Virus record (IMG/VR): IMGVR_UViG_3300037483_000443
Span: 32,001-96,000 of that record
Direction: 5' to 3' (one strand)
DNA length: 64,000 nt
Origin: a virus
The notes beneath the pieces were generated by a model, which saw only the letters and a list, made by a program, of their open reading frames with translations, did no database searches and had not been told where the DNA came from. The translations under genes were made by a program, and so were the position numbers. Within the stretch, counting starts at the first letter, position 1. Each line of letters starts with the position of its first letter. Positions 21,193-31,769 of the stretch are shown here, piece by piece.

Positions 21193-22920
21193 TTAGAACT
21201 TAACAGGTGAGATGACTGAATAGATTCCATCATAATTGCAAGCAATGACGTTCACACCATTGATAGACATCAAATAGTTAGGAAACCAGTCTCCGCTTTC
21301 CACTTTCTTTGCGCCTTTTTTATTTGCTTTGAATAAAGATTCAACCTTTGGATCGTGCTCAGACGTAATCATGAATGTATCTTTCAGATCCTTACCAAGA
21401 TGATTTTTCACAGCTTTCTTACTAGCTTCAATATCATCTTCTGCATCGTCACCAAAAGCAGCTTTATTGGTCTTAAACCAGCCATTTAGTTTTTCTTCAA
21501 TGGCTTCCTTAATGTCATCTTCCTTGCTCAGATCATGCTTACTAGTACGATCTGGGACAGCAGCTGCCATCAGAGCTTCAACGTCCTTCGAAGACATCAT
21601 GAAACCGTCATCTTGACCAACAGCTTTCACCAACACGGTAGACCCGCGAGGAGAGAAGACGAACTTCTTTGCTGGTGACTCGGTGTGGTCACGAACGACT
21701 GTGACATTACGATTATTAAGACCTTTGACTAGCTTCTCGGATTCTTCATCGTCTAGCTCCATCGTGATCTGCTTGCTTGTAATGCTTAAACGCCCATCTT
21801 CAGACTTGAATGCCCAGTCAATCTTTTCTTCGGTGATGTTGATCTTCATGTTTTCACTAACTCCTGATAGTTCATTGATTCTCTTTTCAAACTTAGCTTT
21901 TACTTCTGAATAGCTTGTACTAGGAGAATCTTTTGCCAGGAGCTCCCACTTTTCTATCGGCTGTCCTTTCTTAGCCAAGTAGAATCCGTCTCCTCGATTC
22001 CACTCAATGGAGAAATCTCCTTTGACAGCCTTAGTCTGCCATGCTTCATTCAGATTTACGTCTTCCTTGATTCCCTTTGTATCATCAGAAACGTTCTTCG
22101 ATTGCTCTGTCTTATCAGACGTCTTCTTCTCTGCGGTGTTCTCATTTTTCTCTGCTTCCTTCTCATAGTCAAATGAATGGCGGATGAAGTTCTTAAGCGC
22201 AGTCTTCATCTGTCCGTTCTGTTGAATCTCTGCAGCAGCCTCCTTGATTCCCTTGATAATCGCAGCACGATATGGGTTGCGGGCGAGCGCGATCTCGGGA
22301 ACCCCGAGGTCAATGATAGCATGGTATACCATCAGCTGGGAAGCAGTAGAGAAACGGCTCTCGATGCTAGCAGCACTCTCAAGCAGTGCTAAGATAGCTT
22401 CTTCACCGTAGTTGAGTTCTTCACTGGTAGCTTCAGATGAACCGAAGTTTCGGTCAAAGTTATCTTCAACCGTTCCATTTTTGTTGTTAGGGCCGTAAAC
22501 TCGTTGATCAAGAGAAGAAGAACCGTCGTCTTCAACCTCTTCGTCCTCTTCGTCCTCTTCTTCACCTTCTCCTTCAGGCCACTCAACGTCGATGATCTCA
22601 TACTCTTTGGAGAGGTCATTCAGAACTTCTTCGATGTCGTCAATCTCTCCCAGCTTCGCAGCAAGAGCTTTCTCGAAGGGTTCTGCCTGTTCGGCATTGA
22701 CGTAGACCTTGACGATCTTGCCGTCATCGGTCTCCAAGCCAAAAGTCACACTGTCGATCTCATCAAACTTGACTGAGCGATCAAGTTTGTCAATGACTGC
22801 TTGTTCATCGGATGCATTTGGAACGTTGGTATTGGTAGCTCCTTCACCAGATCCACCAATCCCGGCTTCAAACAGCTTGAAATCTCTTGTCATGTTCTTG
22901 AGGATATTACGCATTGTCAT
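21193..22920 (-). CDS. Acidic hypothetical protein, putative head-internal/scaffold-like
   Basis: 575 aa; poly-E/D tract; several (I/L)xE sites. Confidence 0.55.
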   Translation of the reverse strand: MTMRNILKNMTRDFKLFEAGIGGSGEGATNTNVPNASDEQAVIDKLDRSVKFDEIDSVTFGLETDDGKIVKVYVNAEQAEPFEKALAAKLGEIDDIEEVLNDLSKEYEIIDVEWPEGEGEEEDEEDEEVEDDGSSSLDQRVYGPNNKNGTVEDNFDRNFGSSEATSEELNYGEEAILALLESAASIESRFSTASQLMVYHAIIDLGVPEIALARNPYRAAIIKGIKEAAAEIQQNGQMKTALKNFIRHSFDYEKEAEKNENTAEKKTSDKTEQSKNVSDDTKGIKEDVNLNEAWQTKAVKGDFSIEWNRGDGFYLAKKGQPIEKWELLAKDSPSTSYSEVKAKFEKRINELSGVSENMKINITEEKIDWAFKSEDGRLSITSKQITMELDDEESEKLVKGLNNRNVTVVRDHTESPAKKFVFSPRGSTVLVKAVGQDDGFMMSSKDVEALMAAAVPDRTSKHDLSKEDDIKEAIEEKLNGWFKTNKAAFGDDAEDDIEASKKAVKNHLGKDLKDTFMITSEHDPKVESLFKANKKGAKKVESGDWFPNYLMSINGVNVIACNYDGIYSVISPVKF

Positions 22921-23899
22921 TCTCCGTTCCTTGTGTTTGTGACGGGGTGCTCTCTGGAGCTTTCTCGATCTTCTTAGGTTTCAAGAATGCTGGAGCTTTA
23001 AACTTCTTTGTACTGAAGGTGCGAGCTCTCTTCTTGATCGTCTTACCGTCACGGATCTTATATTTACCGTTTTGCTTATCTGTGTTTTTCTCAGGAGATA
23101 ACTTCTTGAGACGGTACAGGCCCCCTAAGTCCTTATCAAGATCTTGTTTGGTATCTCCCCAACCGGATTGTGAATTAGTAGCTCTAGCTCTTGGGTCAAT
23201 GATCGCGTTGCTAGTAGAAGCAACACCTCCGGTAGAAACAGCTCCACCGTCAGCTGTTTCGTTTAACTTCGCGAAACCGATGATCTTCTGAGCAGCTGTG
23301 CCGAATCTCCTTGACGCGATCAGATTAGATAGCTTGCGGAGGTGAGGAATCACCTTGGAAGTAGGATCACTCTGCATCATGAACATCAGGGAGTCATTGA
23401 TGGCCTTCTGCTTCGTGTTGAAGTTTACTGTGTCCCATTTGTGTAGAGTTTTGAGAATGCCGTGAAAGTAGCTGCTCTGAACGTTGAAAACATATTGAAG
23501 CAACAAGATGGCTCCGATTACCTCATTCCAGTTGATTGCGTCTGGAGCAGTCAGAGGCACCTTCATGATCTTTTGGATGCGTGTCGCAGAGACCTTCTTT
23601 GCAGCTTTGATTAGGTCTGCAGCATCTTCAGGTTGAATTCTGGACTTAACTTCCTTGTCACCGGCATGAAACATCGCACGAGCCCAGAAGTTAAGGTCAC
23701 TCATGTGGGAAGAGAATTTTGTCAGGTTGGCATGTCCGTGATCATTGATCAGCTCCAACCCCTTGAGGTCTTGCAGCTTCAAGAACAGCAAAGCAGTCAC
23801 GTAGTTCGCGAAGAAACCGTTCTTGATGTCGGTATCATCAGCCTTCTCTAGACGCTTCAGATTAATGCTCTCTTCAAGGTTAGCAAAAAAGTTAGTCAT
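22907..23899 (-). CDS. Hypothetical protein, putative head-internal protein
   Basis: GGAAG SD then MTNFFANLEES; LNETADGGA motif. Confidence 0.55.
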   Translation of the reverse strand: MTNFFANLEESINLKRLEKADDTDIKNGFFANYVTALLFLKLQDLKGLELINDHGHANLTKFSSHMSDLNFWARAMFHAGDKEVKSRIQPEDAADLIKAAKKVSATRIQKIMKVPLTAPDAINWNEVIGAILLLQYVFNVQSSYFHGILKTLHKWDTVNFNTKQKAINDSLMFMMQSDPTSKVIPHLRKLSNLIASRRFGTAAQKIIGFAKLNETADGGAVSTGGVASTSNAIIDPRARATNSQSGWGDTKQDLDKDLGGLYRLKKLSPEKNTDKQNGKYKIRDGKTIKKRARTFSTKKFKAPAFLKPKKIEKAPESTPSQTQGTENDNA

Positions 23900-25424
23900 T
23901 GTTACTTCCATAAAGTGAATCAAGTTGATCTCCGAAGAACGTGTTGACCAAATCATACATGTCATTCGCTCTGCGAACTTTATGCAGAGTCTCGATCAGT
24001 TGACGACGTGCTTCAGCAAACGTCAACAGAGTGCGTCGCTTGATCTCTTTTGTATACTTGATGGTTTGGCCGTCCTTAAGATTCAGAACGTAGTCATCGC
24101 CATTTGTCTTGAACGAACTCAAGGCATCTTCTAAGTCATCGATTGCAGCAATGTAGATCGCTTGGATCTTACGACGAACAGACCCGAAGTTCAGCTGATT
24201 CAGACTTTTCGTGATGCGTTCAAGGGTCTCATCTCGATCTTCACCTTGAAACTTTTGTAAGACTCTCTTCGTCTGACTTGGAGTGTCTGCATTCTCAAGA
24301 CCGAACAGCTTAACAGAGCGAAGACGAGCGTCTCCAACGATGCCACCACGGGCTTCGATCGACATGTTCGTGTCTGAAGTAGTTGCACGAGTAGCAACAC
24401 TTTTACGAGCCTGGTAGTTGAACTTGTTGATCGCGGTGAAGACATCTTTATCGACGATCTTGAACTTCTCGCGTGTCTTGGGGTCACTGAAGATGATTCC
24501 TTCTATACCACGGTATGCAGCCTGATCGTCTTCAACCCCACGCAGAGACGGCTTCTGACGATAGATCAGATCCATCAGCTTCTCCTTAATCGGGAGCTTG
24601 AAGTCAGCCATTATCTTGTCTTGAACTGATTGTCGTTCATTCGTTAGATCACGAGTGCGATCCTTGAGTACTTCAAAGTTAGTTAGATCCCGTCCTAGCT
24701 CACGAGCAAATGGATTCTCCTGACGAAGATAAGTTTTTAAGGCTCCTAGTTCCTTGACGAAGTTGACCTTCATGACCTCTTCTCTCGGTACGATGTCAGA
24801 AATAGAGAATTTCCAAGTAGTAACGGTCGGGGTCTTCACGATTGTGACACCGTCGACTGTATCAGAGATTGCTGTTCTTACGGTGAACTGCTTGTCACCG
24901 ATGCGCTTCATCAGGTCTTTAATCTTCTTCTGGTCAGGCTCAACCGAAGGATCATCTCCCGAGAGCATCTCGAGGAACGCGATGTAGTTTAAGTTGTCTT
25001 TACCGTAGAGAACTGTATTCGGTTGAGGGCCGAAGAGGATCTCAAGGTTGATCGACTCTCCCGGAACTAGAACCTCCATGAAGTAACCTTCAGCCTTCTC
25101 TAGAACTGCGTGTGCGGTCTTGAAGCCGTCATATGCAGAGCTTTTGGGAAAGTCCGATTCATTGTAGAATCGCTTTCCCCCCTTCTGTTCACGAGAAGTA
25201 TAGAGCTCACCGTGATCGTCCAGACCAACTCGTAGATTTGCTCCGTCAAGTTTTTGAACTGCCTCGAACTCATGAAGCTTCTCGATTACACGAAGGAAGG
25301 CTTCGATGTCTAGATCTTCCAGATGAGTTATGCTGTAATCACTAGTACCTTCTGTTAAAAGTACTTTTGATGCATACGATTTGAAATTAGATTTCATGAG
25401 AGATGGGCAGAAGTCATTGTTCAT
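23892..25424 (-). CDS. Ligase-type nucleotidyltransferase-fold protein (RNA-ligase-like)
   Basis: Motif I QKLDGAN, motif IV EGIIF, motif V KFKIVDK; THLEDL N-terminal motif; start may be 25397. Confidence 0.6.
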   Translation of the reverse strand: MNNDFCPSLMKSNFKSYASKVLLTEGTSDYSITHLEDLDIEAFLRVIEKLHEFEAVQKLDGANLRVGLDDHGELYTSREQKGGKRFYNESDFPKSSAYDGFKTAHAVLEKAEGYFMEVLVPGESINLEILFGPQPNTVLYGKDNLNYIAFLEMLSGDDPSVEPDQKKIKDLMKRIGDKQFTVRTAISDTVDGVTIVKTPTVTTWKFSISDIVPREEVMKVNFVKELGALKTYLRQENPFARELGRDLTNFEVLKDRTRDLTNERQSVQDKIMADFKLPIKEKLMDLIYRQKPSLRGVEDDQAAYRGIEGIIFSDPKTREKFKIVDKDVFTAINKFNYQARKSVATRATTSDTNMSIEARGGIVGDARLRSVKLFGLENADTPSQTKRVLQKFQGEDRDETLERITKSLNQLNFGSVRRKIQAIYIAAIDDLEDALSSFKTNGDDYVLNLKDGQTIKYTKEIKRRTLLTFAEARRQLIETLHKVRRANDMYDLVNTFFGDQLDSLYGSNND

Positions 25425-25464
25425 TTACTATTTATGAACAATGAGCATTCTGCCCAATTTTGAC

Positions 25465-25737
25465 TTACTGTTGTTGTACTGCGGCCGCTGCAGCATCGAC
25501 TGCCTTGAAGCGAACTTCTAACTCTGTCATCAATCCCTTTAGAGCAGCTTCATACTTAAAGACTTCACGACGAGCAACTTCATGTTCTTGCTGCCACTGT
25601 TGGTGAATCTTGATCATGTCCTGCATTGCAGGATCCAACGCTTCAATGATGTAAGATTTTCCGTTGAATGTAACTGTTGGCTTTGGATCGTAAGCGTTTA
25701 CTTCTTCATTTACTGGAGATTTTGTTTCGTCTACCAT
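25465..25737 (-). CDS. Hypothetical coiled-coil protein
   Basis: AGGAG SD; TATAAATA at 25771-25778. Confidence 0.6.
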   Translation of the reverse strand: MVDETKSPVNEEVNAYDPKPTVTFNGKSYIIEALDPAMQDMIKIHQQWQQEHEVARREVFKYEAALKGLMTELEVRFKAVDAAAAAVQQQ

Positions 25738-25773
25738 GATATGCTCCTATAGGTTTAGTTTGAGGTTGATTAT

Positions 25774-27126
25774 TTATACTTGAAAAATTCCGTCCAAATC
25801 ACCTAATCCAGAACCAGATTTGGGTAAAGAGGGCGGAGTGCTTGCATCAGGTTTTCTCTCTACGTAAGAGCTGATCGACTTTGACATCCTCGCTTTACCT
25901 GGATCTTCATCGATGTTCTCAAGACAAAGAGTTTTCTGGTTAAACTTTAGCATGTAGAAGTTACCTACACCGTTAGATGATCTAGTCTTCAGCAGTTTGA
26001 ACATCATCTCACCGCGGGCTTTCATTTGAGGGGTTTGCAGAATCGCAACCAGGTTATCAGTTGTGTTGATCTTTGACAAACCACCGGCGATGTTTGCGTG
26101 ACCCATATCTTCAACGTTGTCAAGCTGATGCGCAGAACGATTCAACTGTGAAGCTGTGATCATGATGAGATTGAACTCGTTCGCGATCGCACGCAGTTCT
26201 TCCGAGATGAACTTATCTCGAGTGAAGGTGTTCTCAGCTGAGATCTGCTGAACTGAAGCTAACAGGTCAAGATAGTCAACGACGATGAAGTCAGGTACAT
26301 AGCCATTAACGATCTCAAATTCTTTGAGGTGCGCGCGAATGTGGTTGGCGTTAGTAGATGACTCTGGCATACGCTTGATGTGTAGAGAACCATGCTTCTC
26401 CTTTTGCTGACTGATCTTTACTGTAGCCTCAGTGACATTCTTAAGAAGTTCGCCTTGTTGCATTCCAGAGAACATCGAGTCAAATCGCTTAGCAACAACT
26501 TCTTCAGATAGTTCTAGAGTGTAGTAGACACCGTTCAGGCCTCGCTTCATGAGGTTCTTTGCAAGATTAGCCATCGTCAACGACTTACCGACCCCGGCAG
26601 ACGCAGCAAAGATGATCATCTCCTTGCGGTTTAGACCACCGCCAAGATACTCATCAAGCTTGAGCCAACTTGTAGGGATGGAGTTATTGATTGAGAGTAG
26701 TCTTAGACGAGCTTCGGGATCACTGAAGTAGTCTAAGCCGATATTACGCTGCAATCCGACGGTGATCGCATCCTTGATCATTTTCTCGATCTCACCGTAT
26801 TTTCCCTCATCGAGGAGTTTTGGGGCTGCAAAGATGGCCGTCTCGATCGCTTTCTCACGACAGAATTGCTCAAGCTCATTCTCAGCATACGAGAGCTCTT
26901 GGCGTGTTAACGATGGCTTGAGATCAAGCTTTTGGCTAGTCTCGGCGATGATTTGATCAGATGACGGTGGTGTCTTGTATGTGTCAAAGTAGTTCTTAAC
27001 GAAGTTGACGACGTTCTTGATCTTGGGGTCAAAGTAAGCAGTCTTGAGGATCGGTGAGACCTTGACGAATAATTCTTGGCTCGAGACGAGATACGTCAAG
27101 AGCAACTTTTGCTTTTCTAGTTCCAT
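25774..27126 (-). CDS. Replicative DnaB-family helicase (T4 gp41-like)
   Basis: Walker A ASAGVGKS, YTLELSE, IVVDYLDL, TASQLNR, LKTR. Confidence 0.93.
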   Translation of the reverse strand: MELEKQKLLLTYLVSSQELFVKVSPILKTAYFDPKIKNVVNFVKNYFDTYKTPPSSDQIIAETSQKLDLKPSLTRQELSYAENELEQFCREKAIETAIFAAPKLLDEGKYGEIEKMIKDAITVGLQRNIGLDYFSDPEARLRLLSINNSIPTSWLKLDEYLGGGLNRKEMIIFAASAGVGKSLTMANLAKNLMKRGLNGVYYTLELSEEVVAKRFDSMFSGMQQGELLKNVTEATVKISQQKEKHGSLHIKRMPESSTNANHIRAHLKEFEIVNGYVPDFIVVDYLDLLASVQQISAENTFTRDKFISEELRAIANEFNLIMITASQLNRSAHQLDNVEDMGHANIAGGLSKINTTDNLVAILQTPQMKARGEMMFKLLKTRSSNGVGNFYMLKFNQKTLCLENIDEDPGKARMSKSISSYVERKPDASTPPSLPKSGSGLGDLDGIFQV

Positions 27127-27142
27127 GTTAAGGCTCTTTCTT

Positions 27143-28144
27143 TTATATTGAACATTTCATTTCAAGCAATAGTTTTCCCTGGAAGCCCTTACAGGCAGTA
27201 GTCGCCAAGTGAGTTGTCACCCAAAGGCGTCCTAACTTCTGGAGCGCGTCATTCGAATCATCGATGTTGTCAGGAAAAACAGTGACGAAAAAATTCTCGT
27301 CTTCCAAGATAGACAGTCCCAGCTTCTTACCGTTCATGTTCTTGTCGATGACGAAGATTACCCTTCTACGCTTGGCTGCTTTTCGCAGTTCAGCTCTTTT
27401 GAAGTCCGTTAATGCACTACCTGCTAAAGCAACAGCATTTCTGCCGATCGAGATAGCATCTAACGGACCTTCGGTCACGAACAAAGGGTTAGTTGTGTAC
27501 CGGTAGATCTCGTCCATGTTGAAGAAGATGTTGTGCTTCTCCACGATAGGATTTTTGTAGCGAGGCTCGATGAACTCATCGTCGAGAGATCTGCCTTGCC
27601 AATAGATGATGCGATCCCTAAAGAAGTAAGGGATCAAGAGACGACCTATATAAGCTGTCTCGTCTGTGATGTACCAGTCAAAGTCAGTAACCTTGAGAGC
27701 TCTTGATTCAAGGTAATGTCGAGCGACGTCGCACCATGGTGACTGCCCTGATGAGACTAGTACTGACTTTGTCGGAAGAGGAACTTCTTTCATAGGAAGT
27801 TCCATGCCGGTTGGTTTCGTTTCTACATTCATACACCCTTCAGGTTTCTCCTTGAAGAATTGAAAGGCGACGGTTCGGTCGATCTCTCCTTCTGGAATAC
27901 CAAAGGAGAGAAGAATGTCCTTGAGCTTTTTCGAGATTGTATGACGGTTCTTCTCAGGAGAGTATCCTTCACTAGCTCCACAATTAAAGCATTGATAGTG
28001 AACTCCACCGTTCTCAAACTTGAACCCACCGCGAGACTTATAGTCATTGCAGTGAGCACACTTTACAACTTCGTATCCTTTTGGAGAGCGCTTCCCGAGG
28101 ATTACGTAACTACGAATGAGAGATTCAAGATCGTTATGGTTCAC
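27143..28144 (-). CDS. DNA primase (T4 gp61-like)
   Basis: Zn finger CAHC..CFNC; LLIPY..YWQGR; TOPRIM EGPLDA; adjacent to helicase. Confidence 0.9.
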   Translation of the reverse strand: MNHNDLESLIRSYVILGKRSPKGYEVVKCAHCNDYKSRGGFKFENGGVHYQCFNCGASEGYSPEKNRHTISKKLKDILLSFGIPEGEIDRTVAFQFFKEKPEGCMNVETKPTGMELPMKEVPLPTKSVLVSSGQSPWCDVARHYLESRALKVTDFDWYITDETAYIGRLLIPYFFRDRIIYWQGRSLDDEFIEPRYKNPIVEKHNIFFNMDEIYRYTTNPLFVTEGPLDAISIGRNAVALAGSALTDFKRAELRKAAKRRRVIFVIDKNMNGKKLGLSILEDENFFVTVFPDNIDDSNDALQKLGRLWVTTHLATTACKGFQGKLLLEMKCSI

Positions 28145-28832
28145 TGGCTAGAATTAGGTTGTCTTTACCTTTCCATTCTATCCTGGCATCATCAATTTGT
28201 ACATTTTTCATCCGCTTGGAGAAATGTTGTACTCGTTTGGTGTAGTCATGGTGTTTGGGATTTACTCGGCGTACAGCACCTGGCCCCACGTTATAAGCCG
28301 TGATCGCTCTTGCTGGATTGTCATTGATTCCCATCATGAGCAAGTATTTGCTTGCTACACGAATGTTAAACTCATCATCGAGAATGAGTCTTGCTTGGAT
28401 TTCTTCGTCGGTGTCTGTATTAAGGAATCTTCTCATCTCTGGAAACTGATCTAGTACACCGCGAGCTGCAGCTACCTTAATCTGTCCACAACCAAAGTAT
28501 CTATTTCCTACTCGATTTGTAAGCCCGGCAACCCTCCAACTTTTACCGTGACACGCATTTGACTCCTGAAGTAAAATTCCTTGGAGGTATGTGGGATTTA
28601 GCATTCCGTCGGCTTTCGCGACATCATACGCGAATCCTAGGAGCTTTTGTTGTTCTATGCTTAAATTGTCTGAAACTACGACCGTAGTAAGACGAATGTT
28701 ACCGTCTTGGTCGTTTGAGATGCTACTGATTACTGCTGTACCCTTAGAAGTGGTATAGGGTGTTGAGTATGCTGCTGCCGTCAATCCCAAAATGATTGAC
28801 AGGGTAATGCAAAGTGTACGAAGTAAAGTCAT
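28134..28832 (-). CDS. SLT-family lytic transglycosylase with N-terminal signal/TM segment
   Basis: LQES catalytic Glu, FGCGQIK, NIRVASKYL, AYNVG. Confidence 0.8.
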   Translation of the reverse strand: MTLLRTLCITLSIILGLTAAAYSTPYTTSKGTAVISSISNDQDGNIRLTTVVVSDNLSIEQQKLLGFAYDVAKADGMLNPTYLQGILLQESNACHGKSWRVAGLTNRVGNRYFGCGQIKVAAARGVLDQFPEMRRFLNTDTDEEIQARLILDDEFNIRVASKYLLMMGINDNPARAITAYNVGPGAVRRVNPKHHDYTKRVQHFSKRMKNVQIDDARIEWKGKDNLILASEP

Positions 28833-28934
28833 GTCGATTTCTCCTTAAGTTGTGCAGGCTAACTTCAAGTCCCGCTTTGGCTCTTGAGATCATCTCGTGT
28901 AGCTAGTTCTGTCCTTTCTTGATAATTGAGATGA

Positions 28935-28980
28935 CAAGACTAGAACCCGGAGAAGGGATGCTTCGTCGGGTTCTAGTTTG
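28935..28980. terminator. Stem-loop (terminator or processing hairpin)
   Basis: ACTAGAACCCG / CGGGTTCTAGT inverted repeat downstream of the 28997 gene. Confidence 0.55.
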
Positions 28981-28996
28981 GTATACTGTGTAATGC

Positions 28997-29482
28997 TTAG
29001 GCGTCGAGTGTCGCCGAGGTTGGATCAGAGAACTCCGAACCGATGATGCCGCTACCTTCAGCTTTAGCACCCATCAGACCGCCGTCCATACCGGTGTTAA
29101 CTGCACCAACGCCGTGCACAACCCGAGTGAGCTGGTGGAAGTAGTCTAGCGCGTTCTTCCCGTTGCTGAGAGTGTTCTGAGCAAGCAGATCCCACAGTTC
29201 ATACTTGTCAGTATGCTGGTTGGTTACCACTGCCTTCAGACGACCCTTGTCAACCTGATCAAGCAAAGCCACGTCGATGTAGTAAACTGAGCGAATCACT
29301 CCACTCTTGTCACGATCCAACTTCACGATCGCGACTTCACGAAGACGACCGTCATCTTGGATGTCAAAATAAGCGATATGCTTCATGCCGGTCGGTTGAA
29401 GACGGGCTTCAAGTCCGGTCTTAACTGATGATGCGCCAACTGCTTTAGCGTCATGTGTTGCGACTTGGTTTTTGTTTGCCAT
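28997..29482 (-). CDS. Hypothetical protein
   Basis: 161 aa; GGAGAG SD; TAAATA at 29545-29550. Confidence 0.7.
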   Translation of the reverse strand: MANKNQVATHDAKAVGASSVKTGLEARLQPTGMKHIAYFDIQDDGRLREVAIVKLDRDKSGVIRSVYYIDVALLDQVDKGRLKAVVTNQHTDKYELWDLLAQNTLSNGKNALDYFHQLTRVVHGVGAVNTGMDGGLMGAKAEGSGIIGSEFSDPTSATLDA

Positions 29483-29671
29483 TTACTGCTCTCCTATGTG
29501 TGATCTGTTATCCCATGCCGGGCTAGTACTGCAATCTAGATTTGTATTTATTGTAGTTCTGGACCGTCATTTTGATATGATTTGATATGCATGTATTTAG
29601 TAGATGCATATCTGGAGCAATCCTGATCAGTACTCAATAAATAAAATCTTAGCTCTCATGTGGAAGCTTGT

Positions 29672-29749
29672 CTAGATTACCATGTTGTGACGATACCACT
29701 GGGAGAAAATCCCATCCCAGAAGAACACCATTCCGTTTTCTTGTCTCAT
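29672..29749 (-). pseudogene. N-terminal remnant of a NADAR/YbiA-family gene
   Basis: Manual translation MRQENGMVFFWDGIFSQWYRHNMVI-TAG; FFW..FSQW is the YbiA N-terminal signature; no convincing continuation. Confidence 0.6.
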
Positions 29750-29750
29750 A

Positions 29751-30473
29751 TCATTCTTTAAATTGAAGCTCAAAATCACGCAGTGCATTGACCTTGGCAT
29801 TCTCTACTTCTTGTGCTGGGCACTCATGATCGACCTGGCCTACATCATCAAACAAAATTGGCCACAGCTGCCTAAACCTTGCCAACAGAGGACAGATTAT
29901 CTGGCGGATCTGCGGGTGAGCAGCATTCGAAGTGCGCAGAGCCGCGATGTGACGCCACTCACGGATGTTAGCAGTAACGACGATCTCGGTCTTCAAGCTA
30001 TTCGGTAGAATCGAGCGAGCTTCTTGAGGTTTGGCTTTATTCTGCAGTTGGTTAAGATAAGCAGCTTCTGCAGACATGCACATGTTTTTCCAGCTATCAT
30101 ACAGAGCCGTGTTTTCATCTCCGTTTGGATTGCATGACGGGACGTAGAAGAACGGCTCAATGAACGTCACTTGATTGTCAAACTTATCTTTGCCGTAGTT
30201 ACAGTAACGAGTCGATTCTTGGGTAAAAGATGCTACTCGATGACGCACCAACTCATGTGTAACGCCACGGTCAGTAATGAACTTGACGGTGATACTACCA
30301 TGCTCGAGAGTCGATTCATGCTTGAAGTTCTTGATGCGACCGATGATCTCGGTGTCAGTACCTGGACCGATCTTGTCTTCAGACTTATAAGCAGTGCGAA
30401 TACCAAGCTCGATGAGTCGAGTCATGAAGGGAGTGTATCCCATAATCTCGAAAGAAGGTTGTATAATTTTCAT
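29751..30473 (-). CDS. thyX: FAD-dependent thymidylate synthase
   Basis: HESTLEH, THELVRHRVASFTQESTRY, ARSILP, LRTSNAAHPQIR. Confidence 0.95.
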   Translation of the reverse strand: MKIIQPSFEIMGYTPFMTRLIELGIRTAYKSEDKIGPGTDTEIIGRIKNFKHESTLEHGSITVKFITDRGVTHELVRHRVASFTQESTRYCNYGKDKFDNQVTFIEPFFYVPSCNPNGDENTALYDSWKNMCMSAEAAYLNQLQNKAKPQEARSILPNSLKTEIVVTANIREWRHIAALRTSNAAHPQIRQIICPLLARFRQLWPILFDDVGQVDHECPAQEVENAKVNALRDFELQFKE

Positions 30474-30700
30474 GTTGATCTCTTATTGATAAAGTTTGCG
30501 ATCTCGGTTAGATCAATTGACTCGAAAGCTGGCGGATCACCAGCTTTCTGCCCCTTGACGTAAACGAAGAACTTCTCTCTTACACAGAACAAAAAGTAAC
30601 CAGCCTTCGCTGCATCTGCAGAAAGCACATTGTACATGTGGATGAAAGCCGGTTGACTGTCATGGTTGTATGTTACATTGAGAGTGTAGTTAACGTTCAC
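30470..30700 (-). CDS. Hypothetical protein
   Basis: Fills gap; translationally coupled to thyX. Confidence 0.55.
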   Translation of the reverse strand: MNVNYTLNVTYNHDSQPAFIHMYNVLSADAAKAGYFLFCVREKFFVYVKGQKAGDPPAFESIDLTEIANFINKRST

Positions 30701-30701
30701 G

Positions 30702-31769
30702 TCAAAATCCTAGTAGATTGTTCTTGGTAGATACTACTTTCTTTGCTTGCTGAGGCTTAACTTTCTCCTGCTGAGGGTCGCCTTTCAAGAAACGTTGATT
30801 GTTAGCAAACATGTCGATGAACTTCATCGCGTCTTCGGTTACCTTCTGAAGTTCGAACTCATGCAGGAACCGCAAAAAGTGAAAGTGAGAGTAGGTACCG
30901 ATTGTCTCAACCTGCATCTTCACTCCTTCCTCGAGGATTAGACGCTGATCTGCAGGTTGCTTCCAGAGATCCATGAGGATGATGTTCTGCTCATAGAGAT
31001 CTCCCACGCGGTGAGTCACTTGGTGATTTCCGATGATGTTACCTTGATCGTCATAGTCAAAGACCGTTTCTGTCCATTGCTCATTCATGAAGTTCACTCT
31101 CTCATATACATTCTCGTATGCTTTCTTGATACGAGTTTCGCGAACGCGAGGATAAGCTGAAGGCACGTTGTCTCCACCATCACCTCTGATGCACTTCTTG
31201 AAGATCCAGTATTCAAGGTCGGCCTCATAGTCCTTATCACCAGGAGAGTTGCGGAACTTTCCGTTGTCAGGATTTACTAGCTTGATGTTCTGCAGTTTCA
31301 ACAGCTGAGTGAAGTCCTTGTCACCAGAGATGATGAAGATCTCATGATCTGGGTTTGCGTAGAGCTGACAGTAAGCCGCGATCGAGTCATCAGCTTCCAA
31401 CGTGTCAATACAGAGACAGCAGATCGAGGTATGAGAGCTGATGGTCTCACGGAAGGCTTCGATGAGCTGGTAGTAATGCTTCATCTCTGGATCAACTACA
31501 CGGTTTCCCTTGTAGGCTCGACGAGCTTTCTCAACCGCAGTGTAAGTCTTTCTCCAGTTGTTCGCACCTTCAAAGGCAAATACTACAAAGTCAGGCTTGA
31601 ACTTGTTAAACCATTTCATGATTGAGTACAGAGAGATGTGCATGCACAGTCCGACAAGCTCTTGAGTCGAGCTATCTCGAGCATAGGGACTGTTCTTCTG
31701 AACCGCCGCAACTCGAAACAGAACGTTTGAGATATCAACGACGAGTGATCGCTTAGGAATCTTTTTCAC
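30702..31769 (-). CDS. RNase H / 5'-3' flap exonuclease (T4 Rnh-like)
   Basis: VVDISN, NNWRK..YKGNR, LEADD, ISGDKDFTQL, RGDGGDNVP. Confidence 0.88.
   Translation of the reverse strand: MKKIPKRSLVVDISNVLFRVAAVQKNSPYARDSSTQELVGLCMHISLYSIMKWFNKFKPDFVVFAFEGANNWRKTYTAVEKARRAYKGNRVVDPEMKHYYQLIEAFRETISSHTSICCLCIDTLEADDSIAAYCQLYANPDHEIFIISGDKDFTQLLKLQNIKLVNPDNGKFRNSPGDKDYEADLEYWIFKKCIRGDGGDNVPSAYPRVRETRIKKAYENVYERVNFMNEQWTETVFDYDDQGNIIGNHQVTHRVGDLYEQNIILMDLWKQPADQRLILEEGVKMQVETIGTYSHFHFLRFLHEFELQKVTEDAMKFIDMFANNQRFLKGDPQQEKVKPQQAKKVVSTKNNLLGF

Noticed and set aside
28833-28934. Riboswitch upstream of the lytic transglycosylase
   Set aside because: No recognisable aptamer consensus.
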